Both the position numbers and the translations under genes were made by a program. A DNA stretch of 56,291 nucleotides from a virus (lineage: Duplodnaviria > Caudoviricetes), in the IMG/VR virus record IMGVR_UViG_3300047557_001143, positions 1 through 56,291 of that record. One strand, written 5' to 3'. Positions 8,977-18,134 of this stretch are shown piece by piece; the stretch's first letter is position 1, and each line of letters begins with the position of its first letter. The notes beneath the pieces are model-generated. The model searched no databases. It saw only the letters and a program-made list of their open reading frames with translations, and had not been told where the DNA came from.

Positions 8977-11070
8977 ATGTCGATGCGTTACCCCGGGGGC
9001 TTCATTGCCTCTACACCTGTTACTGCGGGATACCCTTCGGGAGTATGGACGCAGGCGCAGGCCATCCCGTATCAGGCTCAGAATGTGTGGACTCGGGATC
9101 AGTTTTGGCCCTACACCACCCTGCTGCTGCAAGGCGATGGGGCGGTTAACGGTGCTCAGAACAATACTTTCCTAGACAGCAGTTCCAACAACTTCACCAT
9201 CACCCGGAACGGGAACACGACTCAAGGCAGTTTCACGCCTTATGAGCAGGATGGGTACTGGAGTAATTATTTTGATGGAACGGGTGACTATTTAAGAGTT
9301 GCCGACAGCACTGCGTTTGATCTGCCGGGAGACTTCACTCTTGAGTTTTGGATATATCCAACTGCATCCGGATTCGGTGTAGTGCTTGGAAGTGAAGATA
9401 GTGGCCAAAATGGTTTCGTTGTTTTCAATGGAACCAACATGGGTGTTTATGGTAACGGCGCGTCGATCATCAGCGTGTCAAGCGCGATTGTTTTGAACGC
9501 GTGGCAGCACATTGCCGTTGTTCGTAGCGGGACATCGCTTAAGTTCTATTTGAACGGCACTGAGCGTGGCTCAGCAACAAACTCAACTTCATTTACAGGT
9601 GTGGCCGGAAACGGGTTTGCTGTTGCGGCAACTTATACCAATACTTATATTACAAGCGGCACAGGATATTTTTCAAATGTGCGCCTTGTTAAGAGTGCGG
9701 TTTACACCACCAACTTCACGCCTCCCACAGCCCCGCTGACAGCCATTACAAACACCTCTCTCCTGACCTGCCAGTCCAACAGGTTCATCGACAACTCCAC
9801 CAACGCCTTCGCCATCACCCGTAACGGGGATGTCTCAGTCCAAGCCTTCCAACCCTTCCCCGGTGCTACTACCTACAGTGGCACTGTGTTGGGTGGGAGT
9901 GGGTATTTTGATGGAAGTGGAGACAGCCTAACCCGAGCGTTTACATCTACCACGGATGGGATGTATCCGCAGGGAACCACATACACCGTTGAAGCATGGG
10001 TCTATCCTACTGCAATCAGTGGGTACATTTATGTAACTGAAGCAACCAATACTTCAAATTACGGCACTTGGAAACTTTATATAGGTGGTTCTAGTCAGTT
10101 TGGTTTTGATTATCGCCCGACAACTGGTGGAACATATACAACTGTTGCATCAAGTGCTGCTGTTGCTTTGAATAGTTGGTATCATGTTGCAGTTTCAGTA
10201 TCCGCCGGTAGTGCAAGACTATTTGTAAACGGTACTCAAGTCGGATCAACAACAACCATATCGGCTATTTCATTTACACCTGTAGGTGCAACTGTAGGAA
10301 ATTCAGTCAATGGTTTTGATACTGCGTTTTTTACGGGTTACATCAGCAATTTAAAAATCACGCAAGGAACAGCAAATTACACTTCAAACTTTACGCCGCC
10401 CTCATCGCCTTTGACTGGAGGCAGTCTCTTACTCAACTTCACCAACGCCGGTATCTCTGATGCCGCAGTGATGAACGACTTGGAAACCGTAGGCAATGCC
10501 CAAGTCAGCACCAGTGTGGTGAAGTACGGCACGGGGAGTATGGCGTTTGATGGCAGCGGGGATTACCTCCGTACCCCTGACGGCCCGAATACTGAACTTG
10601 GTAGCGGCGACTTCACCCTTGAGTGTTGGGTCAACTTCAATAGCCTGCCTGCGTCAAACGGCCATCAGGCCACATTCGTGTCGAAGTGGGCGACCAATAA
10701 TGCGTCGTATGAGTTCTACCTGTATAACAACGCAGGCACGCAACAGTTGTACCTGACCTACTCGACGAACGGGACTGCAAGCACAAACCTTGGGGTGAAT
10801 TGGACTCCTGCTACCGGCGTGTGGTATCACATTGCCTGTGTACGCAATGGCGGCAATTTGACCTTTTGGGTGAATGGAACTCAGCAGGGCGCAACGCAGA
10901 CCATCAGCGGGACTTTGTTTGATGGCAGCGCAGGGATTGAGGTTGGCGGGTTTGTCGCTGGCAGCGCGAATACCGTCCTCAACGGCTACATAGACGACCT
11001 CCGCATCACGAAGGCGGCCCGTTACCTGACATCTTTCACTCCCCCGCCTGCGCGGATGCCCGGACAGTAA
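8977..11070 (+). CDS. Concanavalin A/LamG multidomain receptor-binding protein (3 LamG domains)
   Basis: Repeated FDGxGDYL, DFTxExW, WxHIAVVR, GYIxxLRI motifs. Confidence 0.9.
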   Translation: MSMRYPGGFIASTPVTAGYPSGVWTQAQAIPYQAQNVWTRDQFWPYTTLLLQGDGAVNGAQNNTFLDSSSNNFTITRNGNTTQGSFTPYEQDGYWSNYFDGTGDYLRVADSTAFDLPGDFTLEFWIYPTASGFGVVLGSEDSGQNGFVVFNGTNMGVYGNGASIISVSSAIVLNAWQHIAVVRSGTSLKFYLNGTERGSATNSTSFTGVAGNGFAVAATYTNTYITSGTGYFSNVRLVKSAVYTTNFTPPTAPLTAITNTSLLTCQSNRFIDNSTNAFAITRNGDVSVQAFQPFPGATTYSGTVLGGSGYFDGSGDSLTRAFTSTTDGMYPQGTTYTVEAWVYPTAISGYIYVTEATNTSNYGTWKLYIGGSSQFGFDYRPTTGGTYTTVASSAAVALNSWYHVAVSVSAGSARLFVNGTQVGSTTTISAISFTPVGATVGNSVNGFDTAFFTGYISNLKITQGTANYTSNFTPPSSPLTGGSLLLNFTNAGISDAAVMNDLETVGNAQVSTSVVKYGTGSMAFDGSGDYLRTPDGPNTELGSGDFTLECWVNFNSLPASNGHQATFVSKWATNNASYEFYLYNNAGTQQLYLTYSTNGTASTNLGVNWTPATGVWYHIACVRNGGNLTFWVNGTQQGATQTISGTLFDGSAGIEVGGFVAGSANTVLNGYIDDLRITKAARYLTSFTPPPARMPGQ

Positions 11071-11079
11071 GGAAGCACA

Positions 11080-13839
11080 ATGAGCCAACGGTACATCGGT
11101 GGACTGATCTACAACCCGCCCGGTGGGTTCTCGGGGTACTTTGACGGGAATGGGGATTATTTAAGCCTCGCAAGCAATGCGGCGTTTGCGATGGGGACGG
11201 GTGATTTCACCGTCGAGGGGTTCTTATATCTACCCACCACACAAAACTTCGGCACTCTGTTCCTTTCGTCTACTACCGGCTCAGGGGATTCGCTTCATGT
11301 TCAGATCAGCAGCGCCAACAAGGTTCGCGTAACTAACGCAACAACCGAGTTTTTGCTTGGTACTAACGCCATCCCTCTGAATACTTGGTCGCACATTGCA
11401 GTTGTTCGGTCAGGGACAACACTGTCGATTTACCAAGACGGGGTATTGAACGGGTCAACCACAAACAGCACAAACTTCATTCAGAGTGGCGCTCTTGTTG
11501 GGTATGAACCATTTGGTGGAAACTTCTACTTCACTGGCTACATCTCAAATGTGCGTGTGCTGAAGGGCACCGCGCTCTACTCGGGCAGCACTTACACCGT
11601 CCCGTCCGGCCCTCTCCAAGCCATCACCAACACTTCCCTGCTGACCTGTGCCTACCCCACCTTCAGGGATGGCAGCAGCAACAACTTCACCATCACGGTG
11701 AACGGCAACACGGCGGTTAGCGTACAGAACCCCTTCCCGCTGACGGCTCTGCCCAACCCTAACTTGGGCAATCAGGGCAACGGTGTCTACACCATGAGCC
11801 AGTATCAGTCGCTGCGCTCACAGAACCTGTGGCCTGCGGTTGACCCGTACTGGGAGTATGTGACCCTGATGCTGCACGGCAACGGCACCAACGGGGCGCA
11901 GAACAACACCTTCCTCGACAGCAGCACCAACAACTTCACGATCACCCGCAACGGCAACACCACGCAGGGTGCGTTCAGCCCGTATGGGGATAACTGGTCG
12001 AACTACTTTGATGGCACAGGGGATTACCTGAATCTTGGAGGACAGTCCGCGTTTTCTTTTGGAACCGGGGATTTCACTATTGAATTTTGGGTTTATCTTA
12101 ATTCTACTACTGCAAATCTTTCTGATTTTCGTCAAGCATCCACAAATGGCTTGTATCCCGCAATTTATGTAACTAACGGATCTTTGCGTTATTATGTAAA
12201 TTCTTTAGATAGAATAACGAGTAGTACTACTTTAGCGGTTGGTACTTGGTATCATGTTGCTCTTTCTCGTAGTGGCACAAGTACCCGTTTGTTTTTGAAC
12301 GGTGTTCAAGAAGGCTCCACCTACACAGATTCCAATAACTATATAGTTGGACCGGATAGGCCTACTATTGGAATCAGTGGTTTTGATGGAACAGGGAACC
12401 CATTAAACGGCTATCTTTCTAACTATAGAATTGTGAAGGGAACTGCAGTTTATACTTCCAACTTCACCCCGCCTACTGCACCCCTCACCGCAATCACCAA
12501 CACCTCTCTGCTGACCTGTCAGAGTAACCGCTTCCGTGACGCATCTACCAACAACTTCACCATCACGCGCAACGGTGATGTGAGCGTCCAGCGCTTCAGC
12601 CCGTTCAATCCGACTGCGCCCTATGCCGCAGGCACTGATGGCGGGAGTGGGTACTTTGATGGGACGGGGGATTACCTGACGGTTGCCGATAACGCGGCCT
12701 TTCAGTTGGGGTCGGGAGCCTTCACTATTGAGGCTTTCTTCTACTCCACCTCAAGCGGCGATCAGGTCATCATCAGCAAGTGGGGAAGCCCGGACAGTAA
12801 TGCTGCGTGGGAGATCATTTACTACGCGGGCACGCTGTATTGCCAAGTTTCTTCAGGCAGCACCGTTACATCACTGACCACCACAACATTCCCGCTCAAC
12901 CAATGGAACCATGTGGTGATGGTTCGCAGTGGCAACACGCTTTCTGCTTACTTGAACGGAACGCGGTTTGCCACTAATGGCGCTTACTCAAGCACGGTGA
13001 ACAACGGATCAAACGGGGTCAGTATTGGAACTCGTGCCGGTGGCAGCAGTTTCCCGATGGTTGGGTATATCTCCAACGCCCGTGTCGTCAAAGGCACCGC
13101 AGTTTACGACCCAACGCAGTCCACGCTAACCATTCCCACCGCGCCGCTTACGGCCGTCACCAACACATCCCTGCTTTGCAACTTCACCAACGCAGGCATC
13201 CTCGACAACGCGATGATGAACGATCTAGAAACGGTGGGTAACGCTCAGATCAGCACGAGCGTGAGCAAGTTCGGTGGTGGGTCACTGGCGTTTGATGGAA
13301 GCGGGGATTATCTTTCTTCTCCGCAGTCTCAAAATTACTCTTTTGGCACAGGGGACTTCACAATTGAAGGTTGGATATATCTGTCAAGCAACACTGGTGC
13401 TTACAGAACTATCGTTCACATACCGCATTCTTCAGGTTCTGTTCTTGTTAGATTTGGAAGTTCCATTGACTATAGTTCATATTTTCAAGTTTCCACGCTT
13501 GCGACATCTGCTTCAAATGTTTACAGCACCAATCAAAATCAGGCAGCATTGCTAAACAAGTGGGTTCACTTTGCATTTACCCGCAGCAGTTCCACTTGCC
13601 GCGTGTTTTTGGATGGAGTTCAGCAAAACCTTGGCACTGGTGTGACACCGACAAGTTTTCCTAACACCTCATTTTCTGACTCTACAAACATCGTTAATAA
13701 TTCAGCGGTTGGTATTGGTGACGCGATTGGCAACAATATCCCGTTTATTGGCCACATCGACGACCTGAGAATCACCAAGGGATACGCTCGCTACACCGCC
13801 AACTTCACGCCGCAGCGTTCGCAGTGGCAAGACCAGTAA
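11080..13839 (+). CDS. Concanavalin A/LamG multidomain receptor-binding protein (4 LamG domains)
   Basis: Same LamG motifs; linkers paralogous to those of 8977-11070. Confidence 0.9.
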   Translation: MSQRYIGGLIYNPPGGFSGYFDGNGDYLSLASNAAFAMGTGDFTVEGFLYLPTTQNFGTLFLSSTTGSGDSLHVQISSANKVRVTNATTEFLLGTNAIPLNTWSHIAVVRSGTTLSIYQDGVLNGSTTNSTNFIQSGALVGYEPFGGNFYFTGYISNVRVLKGTALYSGSTYTVPSGPLQAITNTSLLTCAYPTFRDGSSNNFTITVNGNTAVSVQNPFPLTALPNPNLGNQGNGVYTMSQYQSLRSQNLWPAVDPYWEYVTLMLHGNGTNGAQNNTFLDSSTNNFTITRNGNTTQGAFSPYGDNWSNYFDGTGDYLNLGGQSAFSFGTGDFTIEFWVYLNSTTANLSDFRQASTNGLYPAIYVTNGSLRYYVNSLDRITSSTTLAVGTWYHVALSRSGTSTRLFLNGVQEGSTYTDSNNYIVGPDRPTIGISGFDGTGNPLNGYLSNYRIVKGTAVYTSNFTPPTAPLTAITNTSLLTCQSNRFRDASTNNFTITRNGDVSVQRFSPFNPTAPYAAGTDGGSGYFDGTGDYLTVADNAAFQLGSGAFTIEAFFYSTSSGDQVIISKWGSPDSNAAWEIIYYAGTLYCQVSSGSTVTSLTTTTFPLNQWNHVVMVRSGNTLSAYLNGTRFATNGAYSSTVNNGSNGVSIGTRAGGSSFPMVGYISNARVVKGTAVYDPTQSTLTIPTAPLTAVTNTSLLCNFTNAGILDNAMMNDLETVGNAQISTSVSKFGGGSLAFDGSGDYLSSPQSQNYSFGTGDFTIEGWIYLSSNTGAYRTIVHIPHSSGSVLVRFGSSIDYSSYFQVSTLATSASNVYSTNQNQAALLNKWVHFAFTRSSSTCRVFLDGVQQNLGTGVTPTSFPNTSFSDSTNIVNNSAVGIGDAIGNNIPFIGHIDDLRITKGYARYTANFTPQRSQWQDQ

Positions 13840-13848
13840 GGAACACTC

Positions 13849-14199
13849 ATGCTTTACTCCAAGAACGGCTCCATCCCCAAGACTGAGACTGATGGCACCG
13901 AAGGGTGGGTGGAGGTTCCTGAGCCTCCTGTCGCCCCGGAAGGCATGGAGGTGGTGTGGTGGTGCCCTCCGGGTTGGGTGGTGCGTCCCATCAAGCCTGT
14001 GAAGGAAGGCTTCCAGTACGACTGGAGTCAGTCGGAGGAGAAGTGGGTGGAGTCGGCGGCTCCCGTGAGCGAAGCCCTGACGACCATTGAGGTTGTCATT
14101 CCTGACGGCGCTTCTTCTAACGACACGATCACCCTTGGTTCAGCAACTGACACCATCAGCATGGGAACGGCAAGCGACGCCATCACTGTAGGTGTGTGA
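13849..14199 (+). CDS. Putative tail fibre assembly-type protein
   Basis: Follows adhesins; Trp/Pro-rich PxxxEGxxYxWxxxxxxWV motif. Confidence 0.5.
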   Translation: MLYSKNGSIPKTETDGTEGWVEVPEPPVAPEGMEVVWWCPPGWVVRPIKPVKEGFQYDWSQSEEKWVESAAPVSEALTTIEVVIPDGASSNDTITLGSATDTISMGTASDAITVGV

Positions 14200-14232
14200 T
14201 CATTTTCAAAACTTTGAGGGGCTTTGAGAGAG

Positions 14233-14466
14233 ATGAGTGCGGAGATCGACCCGGTCAAGTACGGCGTCCTATGGCAGAAGGTCAAGGACTACGAACGCCG
14301 CTTCGACGACATGGACAAGAAGATGGACAAGATGGAATCCCAACTGGAGCATCTTGTCGCTTTGGCCAACCGCGGGAAGGGCGGCTTGTGGGTTGGGATG
14401 GCGATCGTGTCGGCCATCTCTTCCGTCATTGGCTACTTCTCCCACTTCTTCAATAGAGGCCACTGA
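14233..14466 (+). CDS. Coiled-coil plus C-terminal TM protein (lysis region)
   Basis: MDKKMDKMESQL coiled coil followed by GKGGLWVGMAIVSAISSVIGYF. Confidence 0.65.
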   Translation: MSAEIDPVKYGVLWQKVKDYERRFDDMDKKMDKMESQLEHLVALANRGKGGLWVGMAIVSAISSVIGYFSHFFNRGH

Positions 14467-14879
14467 TGCAGCGCGAGGACCTTGACCTGTTCAGGGCCCA
14501 GGCCAGAGCGGAACTGGACCGCCTAGAGGCTCAGAGCACGGCCAAGGAAGTCGCAGGCAAGGCGATCGGCAAGCATGGTCTTGCCTATATCACAGCGATC
14601 GTTTTGATCGGTGTTATAGCGAGCCTATACCTTGAGGAGTCCAAGATCGCTGCGGTCATGGGCCTTCTGGGTGCTGCGCTCACGGCGTTGATCTCCATGC
14701 TCAATGGCATCGCCGGGGCCAATCCGAAGCAGGAGAAGCCCGAATTTGAGGTGATCCGGCATCTCATCGACAAACTCGACCGCCTGGACAAGGAAGAGTT
14801 GCCCATGCGGGTGGATGTCGTGGGTGACAAGGTCACCGTGACAAAGGGGGCCGACACTGTCACGGCTCGGAGGGACTGA
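14466..14879 (+). CDS. Two-TM membrane protein (holin-like)
   Basis: Two hydrophobic helices; lysis cassette context. Confidence 0.55.
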   Translation: MQREDLDLFRAQARAELDRLEAQSTAKEVAGKAIGKHGLAYITAIVLIGVIASLYLEESKIAAVMGLLGAALTALISMLNGIAGANPKQEKPEFEVIRHLIDKLDRLDKEELPMRVDVVGDKVTVTKGADTVTARRD

Positions 14880-14881
14880 AA

Positions 14882-15376
14882 ATGTTGGAACTACTTAGCG
14901 GCGGTATCTTCGGCTCCCTGATCGGGGGCATTTTTCGTTTGGCGCCCGAGGTTTTGAAGTTCTTCGACAAGAAGAACGAGCGGCAGCATGAACTGGCCAT
15001 GTTCGACCGCCAGTGCGACCTGGAGAAGGTTCGTGGCGAGATGAAGTTGGCTGAGATCGGCGCACAACGAGATGCCGCCATCGATGCCGGGGTCATGGAC
15101 GCCTTCAACGCCGCCATCAACCAACAGGCCGAGATGGCCAAGGCTGCGGGCGGGTGGGCGGCCTCTTTGTCTGCCTCCGTGCGGCCGGTGGTGACCTACT
15201 GGGTGATCGCCCTGTGGTCCTTCGTCCACCTGTGGTACGCCTGGAATGCCTGGATGAACGGCTCCTCGCCCCAGGAAGTCTTCAGCACCATGATGACGGC
15301 TGACTTCATGGCCTTGGTGTCCGGGACCATCAACTACTGGTTCCTGGATCGCACTCTCAAGCAGCGAGGCCTATGA
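14882..15376 (+). CDS. Holin-like membrane protein
   Basis: SASVRPVVTYW motif and TM helices; overlaps endolysin start. Confidence 0.65.
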   Translation: MLELLSGGIFGSLIGGIFRLAPEVLKFFDKKNERQHELAMFDRQCDLEKVRGEMKLAEIGAQRDAAIDAGVMDAFNAAINQQAEMAKAAGGWAASLSASVRPVVTYWVIALWSFVHLWYAWNAWMNGSSPQEVFSTMMTADFMALVSGTINYWFLDRTLKQRGL

Positions 15377-15855
15377 AACTGGACATTGCAGAAGAACTCT
15401 GCAAGCGGTTTGAGGGATTGGCTCGGCTCGACGCCAACGGGCTGATCTATCCCTACATCTGCCCTGCCGGATTCCCAACGCAAGGCTACGGGACCGTCTA
15501 CCGTCCGGACGGCAAGAAGGTGTCCATGGACGACCCGCCGATCACTCGGGAGACGGCCGAGCAGTGGTTGAAACTAGAACTGCTGCACACCTACGCTCCT
15601 GGCGTGGTGCGGCAGTGCCCGATCCTGCTTTCCCTGGCCATGACGACCAAGGACTGGGGCAAGTTCAACGCCATCGTGGACTTTGCCTACAACTTGGGGG
15701 TGGGGCGGCTGCAAACCTCCACTCTGCGCAGGAAGATCAACGCCCAGGACTGGGATGGTGCGAAAGAGCAGTTGATGTTGTGGGTTCGAGGTGGCGGAAG
15801 AGTTCTACTGGGTCTGGTCCGGCGTCGGCAGGCCGAAATTCAAGTTATGGGGTAA
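15373..15855 (+). CDS. GH24 phage lysozyme (endolysin)
   Basis: FEG...YICPAGFPTQGYG, AIVDFAYNLGVG, STLRRKIN, GLVRRRQAE. Confidence 0.92.
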   Translation: MKLDIAEELCKRFEGLARLDANGLIYPYICPAGFPTQGYGTVYRPDGKKVSMDDPPITRETAEQWLKLELLHTYAPGVVRQCPILLSLAMTTKDWGKFNAIVDFAYNLGVGRLQTSTLRRKINAQDWDGAKEQLMLWVRGGGRVLLGLVRRRQAEIQVMG

Positions 15856-15858
15856 ACC

Positions 15859-16251
15859 ATGAGTTCTGCAGTCAAGTCAGATCCGGGCAAGTGGAAGCGC
15901 ATCGTCGCCTCCGTCAAGGCTTCCGGCAAGGGTGGGGCTCCTGGCCAGTGGAGTGCTCGCAAGGCTCAACTTGCAACTCAGAAGTACAAAGCCTCTGGAG
16001 GGGGTTACAAGGGCCCCAAGAAGGCCGATAATTCCTTAGCCAAATGGACCCGCGAAGATTGGGGAACGAAGTCTGGAAAACCCTCAACTCAAGGCCCGGA
16101 AGCCACTGGTGAGCGGTATTTGCCCAAGGCCAAGATTCAGAAACTGACGCCGGCCGAATATGGGGCGACGACCCGAGCCAAGCGAGAGGGCATGAAACAG
16201 GGCAAGCAGTTCGTCTCTCAGCCTGAGTCGATCAAGAAGAAGGTGTGGTGA
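15859..16251 (+). CDS. Basic conserved phage protein (DUF5872-like)
   Basis: GQWSARKAQL...YKASGGGY...SLAKWTREDWGTKSGK...ERYLPK. Confidence 0.7.
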   Translation: MSSAVKSDPGKWKRIVASVKASGKGGAPGQWSARKAQLATQKYKASGGGYKGPKKADNSLAKWTREDWGTKSGKPSTQGPEATGERYLPKAKIQKLTPAEYGATTRAKREGMKQGKQFVSQPESIKKKVW

Positions 16252-16886
16252 TGACCGTCGCAGCCGTGATGACCTACGATTCTCTGGTCGAGAACATCCA
16301 GTCCTATCTGGAGCGTACCGATCAGGCGACTCTGGACAAGATTCCCCTGTTCATCATGCTCGCGGAGCAGGTTATTGCCTCCCAGATCAAGTTTCTGGGC
16401 AACCTGACGGTCCAGACAAGCACGATGGTTCAGGGCACCAATATCATCGACAAGCCCGCCCGGTGGCACAAAACCGTGTCCATGAACATCACCGTGGCCG
16501 GTAAGCGGTATCCGGTGCTGCTGCGCCGCTACGAGTACCTGCGGGAATACTGGCCCGATCCTGCCCAGGAAGGCATCCCGAAGTTCTACTGCGACTACGA
16601 CTACACCCACTGGCTCGTGGCTCCGACGCCTGCGGCGGCGTACAACTTCGAGGTGCTGTACTACGAGCGGATTCAGCCCCTGGACAGTAGCAACCAGACC
16701 AACTGGTTCACCATCTACGCCCCTCAGGCCCTCCTGTACGGCTCCCTGCTCCAGGCCATGCCGTTCCTCAAGAACGATGAGCGCATGGGGATGTGGCAGC
16801 AGCAGTACGAAGCCATCATGCAGACCTTGATGGCCGAAGACAAACTCAGAGTGGCCGATCGTCAGGCCGTGGCCATCGACAGTTAA
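16251..16886 (+). CDS. Head-tail adaptor protein
   Basis: MTYDSL...IPLFIMLAE, VAPTP, NWFTIYAPQALLYGSL motifs. Confidence 0.75.
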   Translation: MTVAAVMTYDSLVENIQSYLERTDQATLDKIPLFIMLAEQVIASQIKFLGNLTVQTSTMVQGTNIIDKPARWHKTVSMNITVAGKRYPVLLRRYEYLREYWPDPAQEGIPKFYCDYDYTHWLVAPTPAAAYNFEVLYYERIQPLDSSNQTNWFTIYAPQALLYGSLLQAMPFLKNDERMGMWQQQYEAIMQTLMAEDKLRVADRQAVAIDS

Positions 16887-16895
16887 GGACAGGTC

Positions 16896-18134
16896 ATGAG
16901 TTACAACTCGCCTTTCACCGGCAATGTGGTCCAACCGACCGATGTCTCTTTCCGGGCTATCACCCTCACGGCCAACACTCAGTTGGAGTGGCCGATCAAC
17001 GGCAACGCCACGGATGACTACGCAGCCCGGATCATGAATGTGACGGCGTCTTCGGGCGGTCTCGCCCTGTGGATGCCTCCGGCCAACCAGACCTCGGTGG
17101 GCAACGATGCGCTGATCCGTAATGTGGGCGCCAACACCTTCACGGTGAAGGACTACAACGGCACGAACACGCTGATCACGATCGCCGCGGGTGAGGCCAA
17201 GTACCTCTACATCACCTCCAACGCTAACGAGCAGGGCACCTGGGGCAATATCGCCTTCGGCACCGGAACCTCTGCAGCGGACGCGGCCTCTCTGGCCGGG
17301 TATGGGTTGGTGGCTAACGGCTCAACTCTTAACCAGAGCCACCCCTCTCAGTCTCTGATTGCGGCGTATACCTTCGTGGTCAACGACCGCGCCCAGACTT
17401 ACATCTGGACCGGCGGCACCACCACGGCGACGCTGCCGTCTGCTGTTGCGACTGGCAACAACTGGTTCGTGCTGTTCAAGAACAACGGCACCGGAACGGT
17501 CACGATCGGCACGACGGGCGGCCAACTGTTGGATGGCCAGACCTCAAAGGCCTTCGCCCCGGGAGAGTCGGCCTTCATCATCTCTACTGGAACGGCGTAT
17601 GTCACGGTGGGATACGGCACGAGTACGGAGTTCGAGTTCGGCGTGTTGACCAAGCCGGTGACCTCCGGCGCGTACACCCTGACGGCTTCTGAGGCCTCAA
17701 ACACGATCCAGTTCTACACCGGCACCCTGTCGGGGAATGTCACGGTCACCTACCCGCCGGTGGTGAATCTGTATGTGGTTTCTAACCAGACGGTAGCCGG
17801 AGGCTTCACCCTGACGGTGACAACCGGTATTGGCGGCTCTGCTACCGCGGTGATTCCTGCATCTGGTCAGGCAACACTGATCTGCGACGGGACGAACTTC
17901 TACAACGCCAACACCACCCAGGCAGGCGCCACCGCTCTCAGTTTGATCAACGGCACGGCAGGCTCTCCGTCTCTGAACTTTGCTTCCGAGACCAACTCTG
18001 GCGTGTATCGCCCAGGTGCAGGACGGTTCGGCATCTCCATCCTGGGCAACCTGATTGCTGATGTCACGGCCACGGGACTTGCAGTCAACGGGTCGGGCAA
18101 CTTCACTTCCGGCATCTCCGGCGGGGCATTCTGA
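16896..18134 (+). CDS. Tail structural protein
   Basis: Beta-rich; GTAGSPSLNFASETNSGVYRPG fibre motif; ends GISGGAF. Confidence 0.7.
   Translation: MSYNSPFTGNVVQPTDVSFRAITLTANTQLEWPINGNATDDYAARIMNVTASSGGLALWMPPANQTSVGNDALIRNVGANTFTVKDYNGTNTLITIAAGEAKYLYITSNANEQGTWGNIAFGTGTSAADAASLAGYGLVANGSTLNQSHPSQSLIAAYTFVVNDRAQTYIWTGGTTTATLPSAVATGNNWFVLFKNNGTGTVTIGTTGGQLLDGQTSKAFAPGESAFIISTGTAYVTVGYGTSTEFEFGVLTKPVTSGAYTLTASEASNTIQFYTGTLSGNVTVTYPPVVNLYVVSNQTVAGGFTLTVTTGIGGSATAVIPASGQATLICDGTNFYNANTTQAGATALSLINGTAGSPSLNFASETNSGVYRPGAGRFGISILGNLIADVTATGLAVNGSGNFTSGISGGAF

Noticed and set aside
8977-13839. Diversity-generating retroelement acting on the adhesins
   Set aside because: No reverse transcriptase; repeat differences are synonymous rather than adenine-specific
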